Source of the DNA: Curvularia clavata
Lineage: Eukaryota
Length of the DNA stretch: 64,000 bases
Direction of reading: 5' to 3'
NCBI GenBank assembly: GCA_023920165.1
Contig: CP089278.1
Span: 2,914,001 to 2,978,000, forward strand
Made by a program: the position numbers and the translations under genes
Shown: positions 11,841 to 23,400 of the stretch, piece by piece
Layout: each line of letters begins with the position of its first letter
Numbering within the stretch: the first letter of the stretch is position 1
The notes under the pieces: generated by a model
What the model was told of the DNA's origin: nothing
What the model saw: only the letters and a program-made list of their open reading frames with translations
Database searches by the model: none

Positions 11841-12031
11841 AGCTCGCTCTTTGCCTCAATGGCTTTGATCTGATGTAGTATCTGTTCTTCCGCAGGGTAA
11901 CACCTCGGATTTATTCCACATATGTTACTCCTATTTTTGAACTCCCGCTCCCCGCAGTCACGGTGTACTTGCTATATCTGGCGCATGGGGAGCAATGTGC
12001 CCGTCCTACTGCACTTCCTGGATGCGTGCGC
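11841..12031 (+). ncRNA. U2: U2 spliceosomal snRNA, divergent variant
   Basis: CTCTTTGCC..TGGCT..GATC..TGTAGTATCTGTTCTT core, with branch-recognition GTAGTA at 11875-11880. Stem IIa with loop GTAACA and its complement TGTTAC (11923-11928); Sm site ATTTTTG (11933-11939); stem III GCTCCCC/GGGGAGC; stem-loop IV with 13-nt loop TACTGCACTTCCT. Ends are approximate. Confidence 0.9.
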
Positions 12032-12242
12032 GAAAACTCTTTTTCATTGATGCTGGTGGTGCTCTGGTGCCGCTGGGTTGAGGAAGAAGGAATAAGGGAC
12101 AAAGAAGATGGGCGCCTAAGGGACAGCGGAGAGGAGTGAAAAAAGTGAATAGTACGCGATTGAAATATGCCCGAAAAATCCAAGGTACACTCATAGCCAC
12201 CATGGTTAATCATCCTGTCTCAGCCGGATACATGCAAAACCG

Positions 12243-15200
12243 TCAAGCATCGCCTTTGCTCTCCCATTCGAGGATAAACGTTGAGAAAACCTCGATGCGC
12301 ACACTTTCCACATAGTTAACCCATCCCCGGTACAATGCCATTGGAACAACCCCAATCCTGTCCCCCGGCTCAACCAAGCCCAACCATGACTGCCGCCTCT
12401 CGGGTGGAATGTGTTTCAAAATGACGAAGTGTTCTCGCGTCTCGAAACAAGCATGGACGTTGTGTATGATGCCTTCGCCACCCTTCCCAATATCTCGTAA
12501 TGAACCATCTTGCCTCTGCACGATGACGTTGAAAAAAGTCATTGATCCGCCATAAGTACCATGCTGATTCTTGTAGTCACTGAAACCTTGGTCGTGACTA
12601 CGAATGATGATGTTAATCTCACGAACAGGATGGCTGTGGGCACCCTGGATGGGGTCACCAAGAAGGTAGGGAGCTTGCTTCTTAGCTTCCTCTTGGTCAT
12701 ATTGTTTTGCTTCGCAACGCTCAGAAGCCGATTTGATCCAGTATTCTGCTTTGTCAAGAATCTTTCGAGCAACACTTGCGGGTAGGCGCGAACGCCCCGA
12801 ACCGCCCCGCAACATGGTATATACGCGGTACTGATCTTCCTTGTTGCGCGGAAAGCGGGCAGCTTGTTTTTCAACGACTTTGTATGACGCAATTGTGGTA
12901 TCAGTCTGACCTGGGCTTTCCTGGGTAGGCTGTATTTACCAGAGGCTGCTTTCTGTAGAGCATCCAGCGTCGAGAAGTACTTTGGTCCCTTCTCTGAAAC
13001 TACCCTCAATAGCTATCATCAATGGCGTTCTCCCCAAACCATCTTCGGTGTCCAGTTGAGAACGCTCATGCTTTGCGATCAATACTTTCATTGCGCCAAG
13101 ATTCCGGGATCTGGTAGCGTCATGAAGGGGTAGTGATCCGCTATTTGATCGGAGATTGCAATCTGCTCCCTTTTCAATCAGAAGTTCAGTCAACGTAGTT
13201 GAGACTTGGGGCGACATGATGCTAGCGGATAGATGTAACGCTCTTCGACCGTCACGGCCTATAGCATTTGGATCAGCCCCTGCCTCAAGTAGTTTCTTAA
13301 CAATAAGTTGGCTTGGTGACTGCCGCAGCGCAACAATGAGAGGGTGGTTGAATTTCGAATGCTCTTTGACTCTGAGGCTATCGCCGCCGTTGGGATTTGC
13401 TCCGTACGCCAAAAGGAGGTCAATGAGCTGATCAGACTTTGCGACCACTGCGCTGGTGAGGAGAGGCTTGCGACCCGGATACCCATCGATATGTTTCGAG
13501 GCCCCCCGTTTTAACATTTCTTCAACAAGTTCTAGTACATAAGGATTGTTTGGTTGAGGAATCCTACAGGCTAGTGTAATAGGAGCAGGAGCTTCACCCG
13601 TGCTTCTTGGGCCCAGAGTCGGATCAGCATCGTGCTTGAGGAGAAACCAAGCCATTTCAAAAGGACCTTCTCCTTTGATATCCATATTATCCTCATTGGA
13701 GATCGCCCAACTAAGTGGAGTAGTTCCCGCCGAGCCACGAGCATTGACATCCGCGCCGTGAGCTAACAAAATCCTAGCCGAGGCCATGGATTCACCCCGA
13801 GCTGAAAGATGGAGTGGAGTTTGGCCATCGACATTTGGTTCATCTGGTTTTGCGCCTTTCTCAAGTTCATTCTTTACGTATTCGTTGAAGTCAAAGAACG
13901 CCGCTAGATGAAGAGCTGGAAGGAAATCATTGCCGTCGCCTGAAGTCACGAATCTACGCCATCTGCTAAAGCGGCCATGGCTTGGACCTCGGAGATGAGA
14001 TAGCCACCGAATAACTACTGGTGATCTTTTCAACTTCTTGTTGCATGTTTTCGTTATGACCCGAATATCACTACGGGCGTTGCTGCTCCGCCAGATGCCA
14101 CGGTCGCCGCGTAGTCGAAGGAACACTTGAAGCCAACGGATAGTCCATGCTTCTGACGAACAAAAGCGCTCGATAGTGGTTTGCAATATTTGTGGCATAA
14201 CTGAAGAGTAAGCGTGATTCCACAAGTTTAACGTCGCGTACTTCATGAGTGGATATCTTTTCAAGTAATCTTGAAATCTCGACCTGAGAGCAGCACGGGG
14301 CTCGTTCGTCTCCGTAAGTTGAAAAGGGGGCGATTCGATGTCGTCAGAAGATAAATATGTAAAACAGATCCTTGCAAGCTCGGTCTCGATCTCTGCCTCC
14401 TTCTGGTTGACAGGAGCTTCACTTTCACGTTCGGCACGCCCGAGAAGAAACTCTTTGACAGAGGCATGTGCTAATATGACAACTTCTCTGTTTTGCTGCT
14501 GAGAGAAGCGTACCAGCGGTCCGCAATACTTGCTTATTGTCTGTCTCAGCACAGCGTCCTCGGCAATGATGGCCTTTCCATGCCTAAGTGCGCCACTATT
14601 CACTCGAAGCATCGTAGCTATTTCCGAAAGAGAAAGGGCTCTGCGAGAACAAGCTACCCAGTTCAACACACACAGAGAGTTGTTGATCATCTCTTTTGAC
14701 TTCCCCTGGTGGATGTTGTTGAGAATTTTGCTGTAGAGATCATGGAGACCCGTTGGCATCTCCTCCGTCTTGGATAAGAAGTCGTCATCGAACATGCAGT
14801 CACTATCCATTAGGTATGCGATCATGTTTGTGGCCCATTGGAACATTCCATGGCATTCGGCGTGTAGTCTCCGGACAATTTCTCGTCTCGTCTCTTCGTC
14901 GGATACACCGAGCTGTTTGGCTTCTTCGATTATGAGCTTCTCGAGATCGGCCGTGGTGTCGAATTCGGATATTCTGATGCGAGCAAGTCCAAAGGGCTCG
15001 GGTACCCGAGACAAGCCTTTTTGGATATCTTCGAGCTCACGGCTGAGAACAATAACGTTAGAGAGCGAAGCCAAAGATGTCAACAGCATGCAAAGTCGCC
15101 TTCTTGTATCTACGGTGCATTCGTCCAGGCCGTCTAGAAGTATCACTGCGTCCCGTTTCTCGCACATCTGGCCAAGGCAGTCTTTCATGTCAGTCTCGGT

Positions 15201-16079
15201 TGGCTCACCACCTTTGTAGTAAGCTTGTGATAGCAACTCGGCATCTTCTGGAAACTGGTTGAGAAGCTGCCAGCAAAGTGTGGCCATGAGACCCCTCACA
15301 TCGTCTCGTTGGGCAGTCCCATCACAGAAAAAGTAAGCTACTGTCCGCTTGTCTTGGTTGAGCTTCTGGATAAGCTTTGCAGCCAAGTTCGTCTTTCCAG
15401 CTCCTGGGATACCAGAAATTCACAACAATGGGGAATTCCTTCTAGGAACGTGGTCATACCAATCAACGTACTCTTGCTTTACAAACAACCACTCGCATGT
15501 TCCCGAGAGGAGGTTGGCAACGGTGGTATTGTATGTGTCTTCAATTGCAGAGATCGGCCTTAACCATTCTTTAATGCTACGCAGCAGCCCTTGTTCGTGG
15601 GTTTGTTGATTTCTGGTGAGCCTTTTTTCAACTGCCTCCCGAGTTGTTTGCAAACGGCCAAGGCTGAACAGTGTAAGATCCACATGAAGGCCGTCCAATG
15701 GGATTGCAACCGTCTCTCGCAACTCCTTGACCTTCTCGGTAAAATACTGGCAATATTTGATCTTCTTGTAAGGGCGGGTGACGATGTCTTTGAGATTTCT
15801 CTCTCCGGGTCTTGTCAGGTCCATGTATTCTGCCATTTTGTCTTTCTTTTCGAGAAGAGGTCCTTGGATTGCTTCGATCTTTTTCCGAACGCTGTCAGGC
15901 ACAAGACCATCATCGATAGCATTGAGGACACTCCCTAATGTATCTATGAGGTTGTCCAGGAATGCCGTGTCTTCTTTGACCTGTTTGGGTGCACCATGAG
16001 CATCTGACAAGGCTTTGCCAACTTTATAAAGAAACTGTGCAGCCAAAACAACATCTCCAGGTGAAAAGCCAAACTCCAT
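12243..16079 (-). pseudogene. Fungal NLR-like gene (helical N-terminal domain - NACHT - ankyrin repeats - C-terminal domain) with two in-frame stops
   Basis: Three ORFs lie in one frame. TGA at 15420-15422 falls in LL*ISGIPGAGKT (Walker A); Walker B ILLDGLDEC and several ankyrin repeats (GQTPLHLSA, GTTPLSWA, GRTPLMIA) follow. TAA at 12936-12938 is followed by an open in-frame domain (IIRSHDQGFS). Confidence 0.85.
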
Positions 16080-16668
16080 GATCGTTTTGAGCGCTGAGTA
16101 TGTCTAGGGGTTCACGTGTCACAGTTGAACTCACATTGCTTGTGGAAAAGAAGGAGTGAGAAGTGTCACTGGAGGCAAGACGATGATAACAGGCAGCAAA
16201 AGCCAAGGATATGCATCCTTTCGGGAATGACGTTTTGGTCGTTCCCCGCGCATTTTGATACGCACACAGCCCATGCATGTGCGACCGAGATGCAGCAGCC
16301 ACATCGAGCCAGCTTATCGTCGGGATCTTCGCATTCCAGCCTGATTCTGACGCTAAGCACAACTTGGAAAGAGCAACAGACTGCGGAAACAATAGTGCTT
16401 ACCTTGCAGTTGATCGGTCCAATGATGCAACAAGGCTGAAGCGGATGAATACTAAATATATGATACCAAACACCCTGATAACTCAGGTGACTATCCTGAT
16501 TAAAACTTACGATGTACAAACGGTACTTGGGTTATCACACTCGGTGGTTCGGGATTCAAGGACACACCTGAAATATTTTTCTCCATGATCATCCCGAGAA
16601 CGGTAGCAATATAGAGACAATAGCAAAATCAAGCTATACCAATATCAAGTCCGCGTAATCACGTCGTA

Positions 16669-19600
16669 TCATCTTACCATGGCACTGTCAGCCACCCATC
16701 CCTCCATATGAGCAGTTTCCCACGCCCCATCATCGTCCAACTCAACATAAAGCCTCATCTCCTTCTCAACCATTACCCTACACAACTTCCATTTCTCCTC
16801 GTCACTGAAGACATGCTTCGCCTCTGTGAAAGCAAGCAGTACATATCCCTTGCACCAAGGAAGATTACGCAGACCAGAATAGAACGTGTCTTTGAGTCTT
16901 TGAGTCGCCTCATCCAGTCGAACCTCCGCTTTGCTTTTCTTCCCATCTCGACGCGGTTTCTTGCTGCCTAGTCGCCTCGATTCCTGCAGTTGCTGTAGCT
17001 GTAATAGCTCGAACTGCACATAGGCTTTCCATAGCGCGGGGCAATGTTCACCACTAGATGCAGTTGCGCGTTTGTACAGTGCGCGTATAGAATGTGATGT
17101 TGAGCCCGCCGTCTCGCCTCTTAATGTTTCATAGTGAATCGCAAAGGCCCAGCCGGCGACACTGCGTTCTTCTTGGCTCTGAAGAGTAGTGTTGTGCATA
17201 ATGGCCCGCACCCGGTCATCTATTGAGAAACGGGCCTCATTGGCAGCGTAAAGAGAAAGCAGAATCGTGTTGTCGGGGAAACGAGATATCAGTGGCTCCA
17301 GCGCTGTGCGAATGAAAGCGGGTTTGACAATAGGAGCATGAGCGATGTGGTAAGTTAGTAAGCGTGACATGAATTGAGCATGGAGCTCGGCGAAGGGCGT
17401 ATTGTTGGCGTTGTGTGATGTGAACCAGATTGATAGGTGCGAGTGGAGCTCAAGGGCATGCTCGGCGTCATAGTCGTTGGCAAGATAAAGTAATAGAGCA
17501 GAGAGCGAGGTGCTCAGAATGGCCGTAACATGGTCCTGACCAAGTAATGCACGTTCACTGATTTCTTCGAGCTTCAGACGAGTGTTAGATACGAGGTCCT
17601 GATCTGGTTGTGATTCTGCAAAGGACGCTGGAATGTTACCATGCGGCGACACAAGGCGCCATAATGCAACTTTCCCATCTTCTCTGTGAAGCGCTTCCCA
17701 AGCCCAGCTATTGAGGAGACCCAAAATCTGCGGGCTTGGGATTTGTGATTTGCCACTTTGCATGGAAAGCACAGTGCGAAAGACCTGATCTGCCTTGTCC
17801 GAGTTCCCAAGCCGAGCTTCAACTAAGCCATAAGCGTTGTATAAGCGCAAGCTCGAAGGCCGCCCTTTCAGTAGTCGCTTGGCTGTCTTGAAAGCTTCCT
17901 GAGGATAGTGTCTGAGTTCAAAGGCTAGAAGATACTCGCCAAAAACCTCGTCGCTAGATGTATCGGCGGCGAGAAGTTTAAGCACTCGTCTGATGAAATC
18001 GATATCTAGCCCGATGTCGTTGGTAGCGAAATTTTGATCGAACAGGAGCTCAGTCGTCATTTGAAAGCTTTCCAAAGGGCAGCAGGAAAAGCGTTCCAGC
18101 ATTTGTGCGAATTTAAAAGGCTCGCCCTTGTTGGGAGGAGATGGCGACCAGTGGCATTGCAAGAAGGGATCAGACCACCAGTCACGCTGATGCGCACCGA
18201 GCGTTGGAAGAGGAGGTAGCCCGCAAAAGCACAGAAAAGCCTCAACAAGTAGAGTTGGGTGTACATTTTCCGAGAGTCGCTTCATGTATGGCGCTAGGTC
18301 ATCGTAAAAGATAGTGTGGAAAGCGTCATCTTCCGCGACATTATCTGACGTGCGGCCTGGTAAAATGAGTCTCCTCATCGCTTCAGCTTCGCGTTTCTGG
18401 AAATCCTCAAAGAAGGGATCTGAGTGAGACTTTTCCATCAAAGGAGAGTATTGTGTTGGTACAGGCTCCTCCACTGAGCTGTGGTTTTTCCAACCTTTTG
18501 CTTGTAGTTCGCCAATGCGTGGCACCTCGCTGTCCCAGAACGCCTCAAAGATTTCCACTGTTGCAGCTCCTTCTGGGCGGAAGATGCGGCTTTCCAGCAA
18601 AGCCTGCCAAATTGCTATCGAGAGCTCCTGGTATCCAGCCTGACATGCCATAGATGTAAGGCGTAGTAGTATGTGCAACAGGTCTGTAGGCAAAATTTCT
18701 TTCGTGCTCGCTCGTAGGCTATCAAAGCACTCGAAGAAGACGGCTCGGCAATCCTCGTATCTGAAGTTTGTGAACCTCGACTGTACAAAATTAAGATACA
18801 TCTTCCATAGATTGATGTCGTCTGGATGGTTTGCAAGGACGTCTTTCCATTTACTGGCTAGCTTGGCGCCGTCCCATGCTTTCTCGGCTTCCTTCAACAA
18901 CCCTTTGTAAAGTATCAGCTGGCTTTTCGAGTCGCCGCCAATCTTCTTAAGAGCTTCTCCATACATGGAGATGCGTACATCGGCAAGATGGACGTTATCA
19001 GAAGCAGTCAGCTGCGAGGATGGTCGTTCCAGCTTTAGCATTGCCTCTTGGTGTGCGATCAGGGCCAACCAGCCCGAGACATCTTCAGGATGGTCTTTGG
19101 TGTACCGCACGAGCTTTGAATTGATGCGAGTGGTTTCGGTATTGATTGTGATTTCAGCATCCGACTCAAACTGCGTGTCTGGGTCTGCTGGCTCAGCGGA
19201 CTTGGGCTCCCCTATTCCTCGGTAATCGATCTCTGGTGTTGCATCGTCCTCATTGTCCTCATCATCGCTTTCAGAGCGTTTCCTTTTACCATTCGCAGAC
19301 AACGGCACAAAGTCTTGATCGAGGTCTGGTGCATTACCACTGATCTGTACCAGACGCAGTGTACGTTCAGCTGACCGGTTTGCAGACTTGGAAGCTAGCA
19401 GACGCCGTTTACGTTTATGTGTTGCTGGTGACAGGTAGATTTTCCTGTCTGTTGTCAATTCTCGATCAATCTTCTGCTGCAATGAGAGACCTAAGATGAA
19501 TCCCTGGCCATAGCGACGGTAGGGCGGGATATCATAGCGGTTCAAAGTGCCGTATCGCAGCACATCAGCGTCCCCACGGCGATCACTGAAATAAGGCTTG

Positions 19601-19785
19601 CTTGCAGCGGACGCGTCCTTCTCCCGAATCCGCTGGACTGGCGGTGGCGAGGCTTTCTCATGTCGGCGTTTTTCCGTTGATGTTTGCTCAGCCCTGCCAT
19701 GTTGCTGAGGTTCTCTGGGTTGTTCAGAAGCAGCCTTGGGCTTTGGCCGGAAGCTCGCGAACTTTGGAATGTTTGTAGTATTCAT
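16669..19785 (-). CDS. NRDE2: NRDE-2 family (DUF1740) HAT/TPR-repeat RNA-processing protein
   Basis: ~1038-aa ORF with IPKFASFRPK, YFSDRRGD, FEAFWDSEVPRIGE, LPGRT..EDDAFH and a C-terminal LPWCK..EKEMR. Confidence 0.85.
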   Translation of the reverse strand: MNTTNIPKFASFRPKPKAASEQPREPQQHGRAEQTSTEKRRHEKASPPPVQRIREKDASAASKPYFSDRRGDADVLRYGTLNRYDIPPYRRYGQGFILGLSLQQKIDRELTTDRKIYLSPATHKRKRRLLASKSANRSAERTLRLVQISGNAPDLDQDFVPLSANGKRKRSESDDEDNEDDATPEIDYRGIGEPKSAEPADPDTQFESDAEITINTETTRINSKLVRYTKDHPEDVSGWLALIAHQEAMLKLERPSSQLTASDNVHLADVRISMYGEALKKIGGDSKSQLILYKGLLKEAEKAWDGAKLASKWKDVLANHPDDINLWKMYLNFVQSRFTNFRYEDCRAVFFECFDSLRASTKEILPTDLLHILLRLTSMACQAGYQELSIAIWQALLESRIFRPEGAATVEIFEAFWDSEVPRIGELQAKGWKNHSSVEEPVPTQYSPLMEKSHSDPFFEDFQKREAEAMRRLILPGRTSDNVAEDDAFHTIFYDDLAPYMKRLSENVHPTLLVEAFLCFCGLPPLPTLGAHQRDWWSDPFLQCHWSPSPPNKGEPFKFAQMLERFSCCPLESFQMTTELLFDQNFATNDIGLDIDFIRRVLKLLAADTSSDEVFGEYLLAFELRHYPQEAFKTAKRLLKGRPSSLRLYNAYGLVEARLGNSDKADQVFRTVLSMQSGKSQIPSPQILGLLNSWAWEALHREDGKVALWRLVSPHGNIPASFAESQPDQDLVSNTRLKLEEISERALLGQDHVTAILSTSLSALLLYLANDYDAEHALELHSHLSIWFTSHNANNTPFAELHAQFMSRLLTYHIAHAPIVKPAFIRTALEPLISRFPDNTILLSLYAANEARFSIDDRVRAIMHNTTLQSQEERSVAGWAFAIHYETLRGETAGSTSHSIRALYKRATASSGEHCPALWKAYVQFELLQLQQLQESRRLGSKKPRRDGKKSKAEVRLDEATQRLKDTFYSGLRNLPWCKGYVLLAFTEAKHVFSDEEKWKLCRVMVEKEMRLYVELDDDGAWETAHMEGWVADSAMVR

Positions 19786-20496
19786 TGCAGAAGACAAGCG
19801 TCAAACGAAATCAATCAATGATGGACGACGACGAGCCAAGCTAGTGTCATGACGCTGTTGTTTATAGCGGTCGAGAAGGTTGTGGGAGGTCTGATATGTG
19901 TCTCAAAACTGAGACTGGGTCTACTTGCTCAGCCCTGGATGAACCGTGACTTGGTGGAAGACGGTGCAAACGTTGTTGAAGCGCACGGCCTGAGAGCGGG
20001 ATGGAAGTCGCGTCGCATGCACCCCGTAGACAGGTGAAGCCAAGCGCTGCCGACTTACCGGCAGGTCTCAACGCAGAAATACAGCACTATACCTATAGAA
20101 AGAAGAATATAGGAAGGATAGTAACGCTTGGAGATTATCTGAAGTTAGAAACCCAATCTAACATATTGCTGTGGTTGGGCTGTAGTTGAGTTGTACGACA
20201 GTGAGGTTCGCATCAGCGTTTGGTTTGATTTGTCTAGAGAGGGCACGGCACGTGTCTCGGAGGTCCGATGGCGCATGTGGCTGGAGCGGCCCGCCGTAAA
20301 AAGCCACTAGCGTCTTAAATCTTGCCAATCCGTCGTGGAATCCATCTCGAAATTTTGAATGCGCCTCACCAACCTCGGGCTCCTCCAACCAAACCGCCAC
20401 GACAACCTCCACGCTGTTTCGCAGCGTCTCATGGCTACTGGAACACTCGAGAAAATCCGATAAACTCTTCTGCGATACCTCCAAAAATCCCCAGGA

Positions 20497-23400
20497 ATGG
20501 CGACGGCGCTACAGAAACAGCTTGCGACCATCGCGGCCTCGAGCACCCACCAGCTCGACCTGCGCGCCCAGAAGTCGGCACATGGCAAGTCGCTGCTGTT
20601 TGAACCCAAGGTCGCCGCATCTCAGTCATTCGAAAATGTCTACCTGATATGCTATGAGGGCTATCGGGAACTGTGCGCTCTGGATTCGAGGTTTTTGCGC
20701 TTTTCCAAGAATCTCTTCAGCGAGCAGAGCAAGGCCGAAGATCGCACTCAGATGACCAAGGACGAAAACACCAAGCTCGATACTGTGCTCGAGGCCTTCA
20801 TTACGCTTGTCGGACCGCGATTGTTGCTCAAGCCAGCCGAGAAGGCCCTCGAGTGGCTCGTGAGGCGATTCCGGTATGCCAATGCCCTCACATGGCCTAC
20901 ATACGCTTGCCCTGTTGCCCTAGCTAACACGAACCAGCATTCATGAATACAATACCGAATGCCTCGTATTCACGTACCTGCCCTACCACAATACACCACA
21001 GTTCCTTGCACTACTCTCCATCCTCCCCCCACAGCCATCGCATGCAATCCGCTTCCTATTCCCGTACATCCAGGCACCTACCAATGTTCCGCAACGGACC
21101 ATCGCATACACAGCTATCAATACCCCGCAATTCTTCAGGGCCTATCATTCGTATATTACAAAGGCAGTAGATGCGGGTCATCAGGCTGCTCATATGTTGT
21201 CTTTCTGGTCTGGAATCACCGTTGAGGCAATCTATGGCATCTTGAACAACTCGAGCTCTGGCCAAAAGGATCTTCAAGACCAAGGCACTGAAAAGCTGGT
21301 TCTGGATCTCCTTCCCGTCCTCAACAGCTGTATGCACGCCAAGCATGGAGCCGATACCGTACTAGCCTGCTACGCCATCGTCATTATGTTGGTAAATCAG
21401 GCAAAAGTGGGAGATAAGATTCTGGATGGCCTGATGGAAGCTGTCATTGCGGCTCACGATGAGACATCACTTCAGTCATGCCTAGGCTGCTTAGCAATAA
21501 TCGCAAATGAGCGCTCCAAGGCTCAGATCCCTACCAAGGTTTCTCGAAAGCTTCTCAAGCTACCACAGCTTGTGCAAAGACTGAAGACTGTCTCCCAGCA
21601 GTGTCAAGTTGAGCGGCTTGTGCTAGGATGCGCTCTCGGTGCGCTCAATGCTACTTCGGAGGAACATTACACCCTTTTCCACGAGCTGATTGCATCGGAC
21701 CTAATTAGCCAATCGCGCATTCGGATAGTGCTATCCGCAGTAGTTCAGCTTCTGCGGGACAGTGTGCCAGGATCTGAAGCGCATGGAGAGTTGCTTCAGG
21801 TCGCAGCAAAACTGATCGAATCCAAGGAGCTATCGACCATGCTCCAGGATGCCGCCAAGCAGAGCAATGTCGACTTGGAATCTTTGGGACTTACCATTGC
21901 TCAAACGTTCGAGATCGAGGACATTCAAGAAATCGACTCTGACGAAGAAATGGTTGATGCTGGTGAGACCACCGAGAAGCCTGTTGTTAAGGTACCAGAG
22001 ATCACAGTTGCTAGCTTCCTTGACACGGGATCAGAAAAGAACTTCGCCGAGGCTGCGGATGCATTCGAGCAAGCTGTATTGACCAGACAAGCCAAGACGT
22101 TCCTCGCTTCCGATGCCTTGCACCCGCAGGCTGCACTCCAACAGACTCTTTACTTGTCATTCCTTGTTCGTGTCTGGACCAGCGCTCGCCCTGTTGCCAT
22201 GCGCATTGCGGCTCTGCGCGCCGCGGTCTCTTCATTCGAGAAGCTTGAGGTTGCCCATGTCTTGCAGAACCTGGTTCCATACTTTGTCCACGCACTTGCT
22301 GATCCATCCCCTCTCATTCGACGTTCCGCTGCGTCTTGCATTGGTCTTTTGGCGCGAAAGGCTTCTGCCAGGTCAAAAGCTCAGTCTTGGGGCAAGTCTG
22401 ATTTGTATGGAGAAGCCTCCAAGAACATCTCAGAGCTTAAGCCAGAAGATGTTCTGGTCTTTCTCACTTCAATGCTGCAGCCGATGCTTGAGGAATGCGT
22501 CATGGATGCCAATTTTGTCATTCCCGCACTACGCAGTGTACTAGAAGGACCCCAATCGCAGAACCAGCCCAAACAATCTTTCAAGTTGCAAACTCGCACG
22601 GCCATACTCAGTTTCTTCGCGAGCCATGCTGCTCTTACGCCGTCCTTGAGAGTCCGGTTGTGCTTGCTGCCCATGTTTAACATCCGTGGCAAGGTTTCCG
22701 ATACTGTTCGCACCAACTTCATACTTCCATTGCTCAACAAATGGTGCGCTCTTCCAGCTGGCGATGCGGCAAGTAAGTGCAGCAGCGACACCATCTCTGT
22801 TGATGAGACTGAGCGCGCTCACCTTGCTGCAACCATACCAAGAGAGCCAAAGAGTGCACAACTGCTCCAGGATATTATTTCTGGAACATTCAATAAAGAG
22901 CGCGAAGTACTAGCAATGGCTGCTTTTAGTCGCATCCAAAGTTCCTGGTCTGCCTTCCGGTCTGAATCCCGACACTCCTTAGCTCAGTGCATGCTAGGCT
23001 TGGCCTTGAATGAGAGTGATTCCTCATTCGACAGGCTTTGCAGAGAACAGTCCGTGGAGATTCTGCGCAATGTCAACCTCGACTCTGCAACCCTCGTTAG
23101 TTTCCTGGATAGCATTCCCTCGCCTACTGCAATGCCTGGAGGACCACCAGCAGCGAAGCGGAGACGAACTAGCCGAAGCGAGATGGCTCGAGTGGAACTT
23201 TCCTCTCAAGATGACGTTCAGAGGCTCCTCCGAAGACTCACTTTGGTTCTCGAGCTGGTCGAGGGATCCAATCCTGGCCAGCATCCGGAGCTTTTCAAGA
23301 ATTTGTTCGGTATATTCGCCGAACTACAACCGCTCAAGCAGCAGTCAGAATCAGAGTTGGTGTACTTGCAGAGTATTATCCTCGGATCATTGAGTCCTAT

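Noticed and set aside
1..16079. Secondary-metabolite cluster with SdhC as self-resistance gene
   Set aside because: No PKS, NRPS, terpene synthase or tailoring genes in this window.
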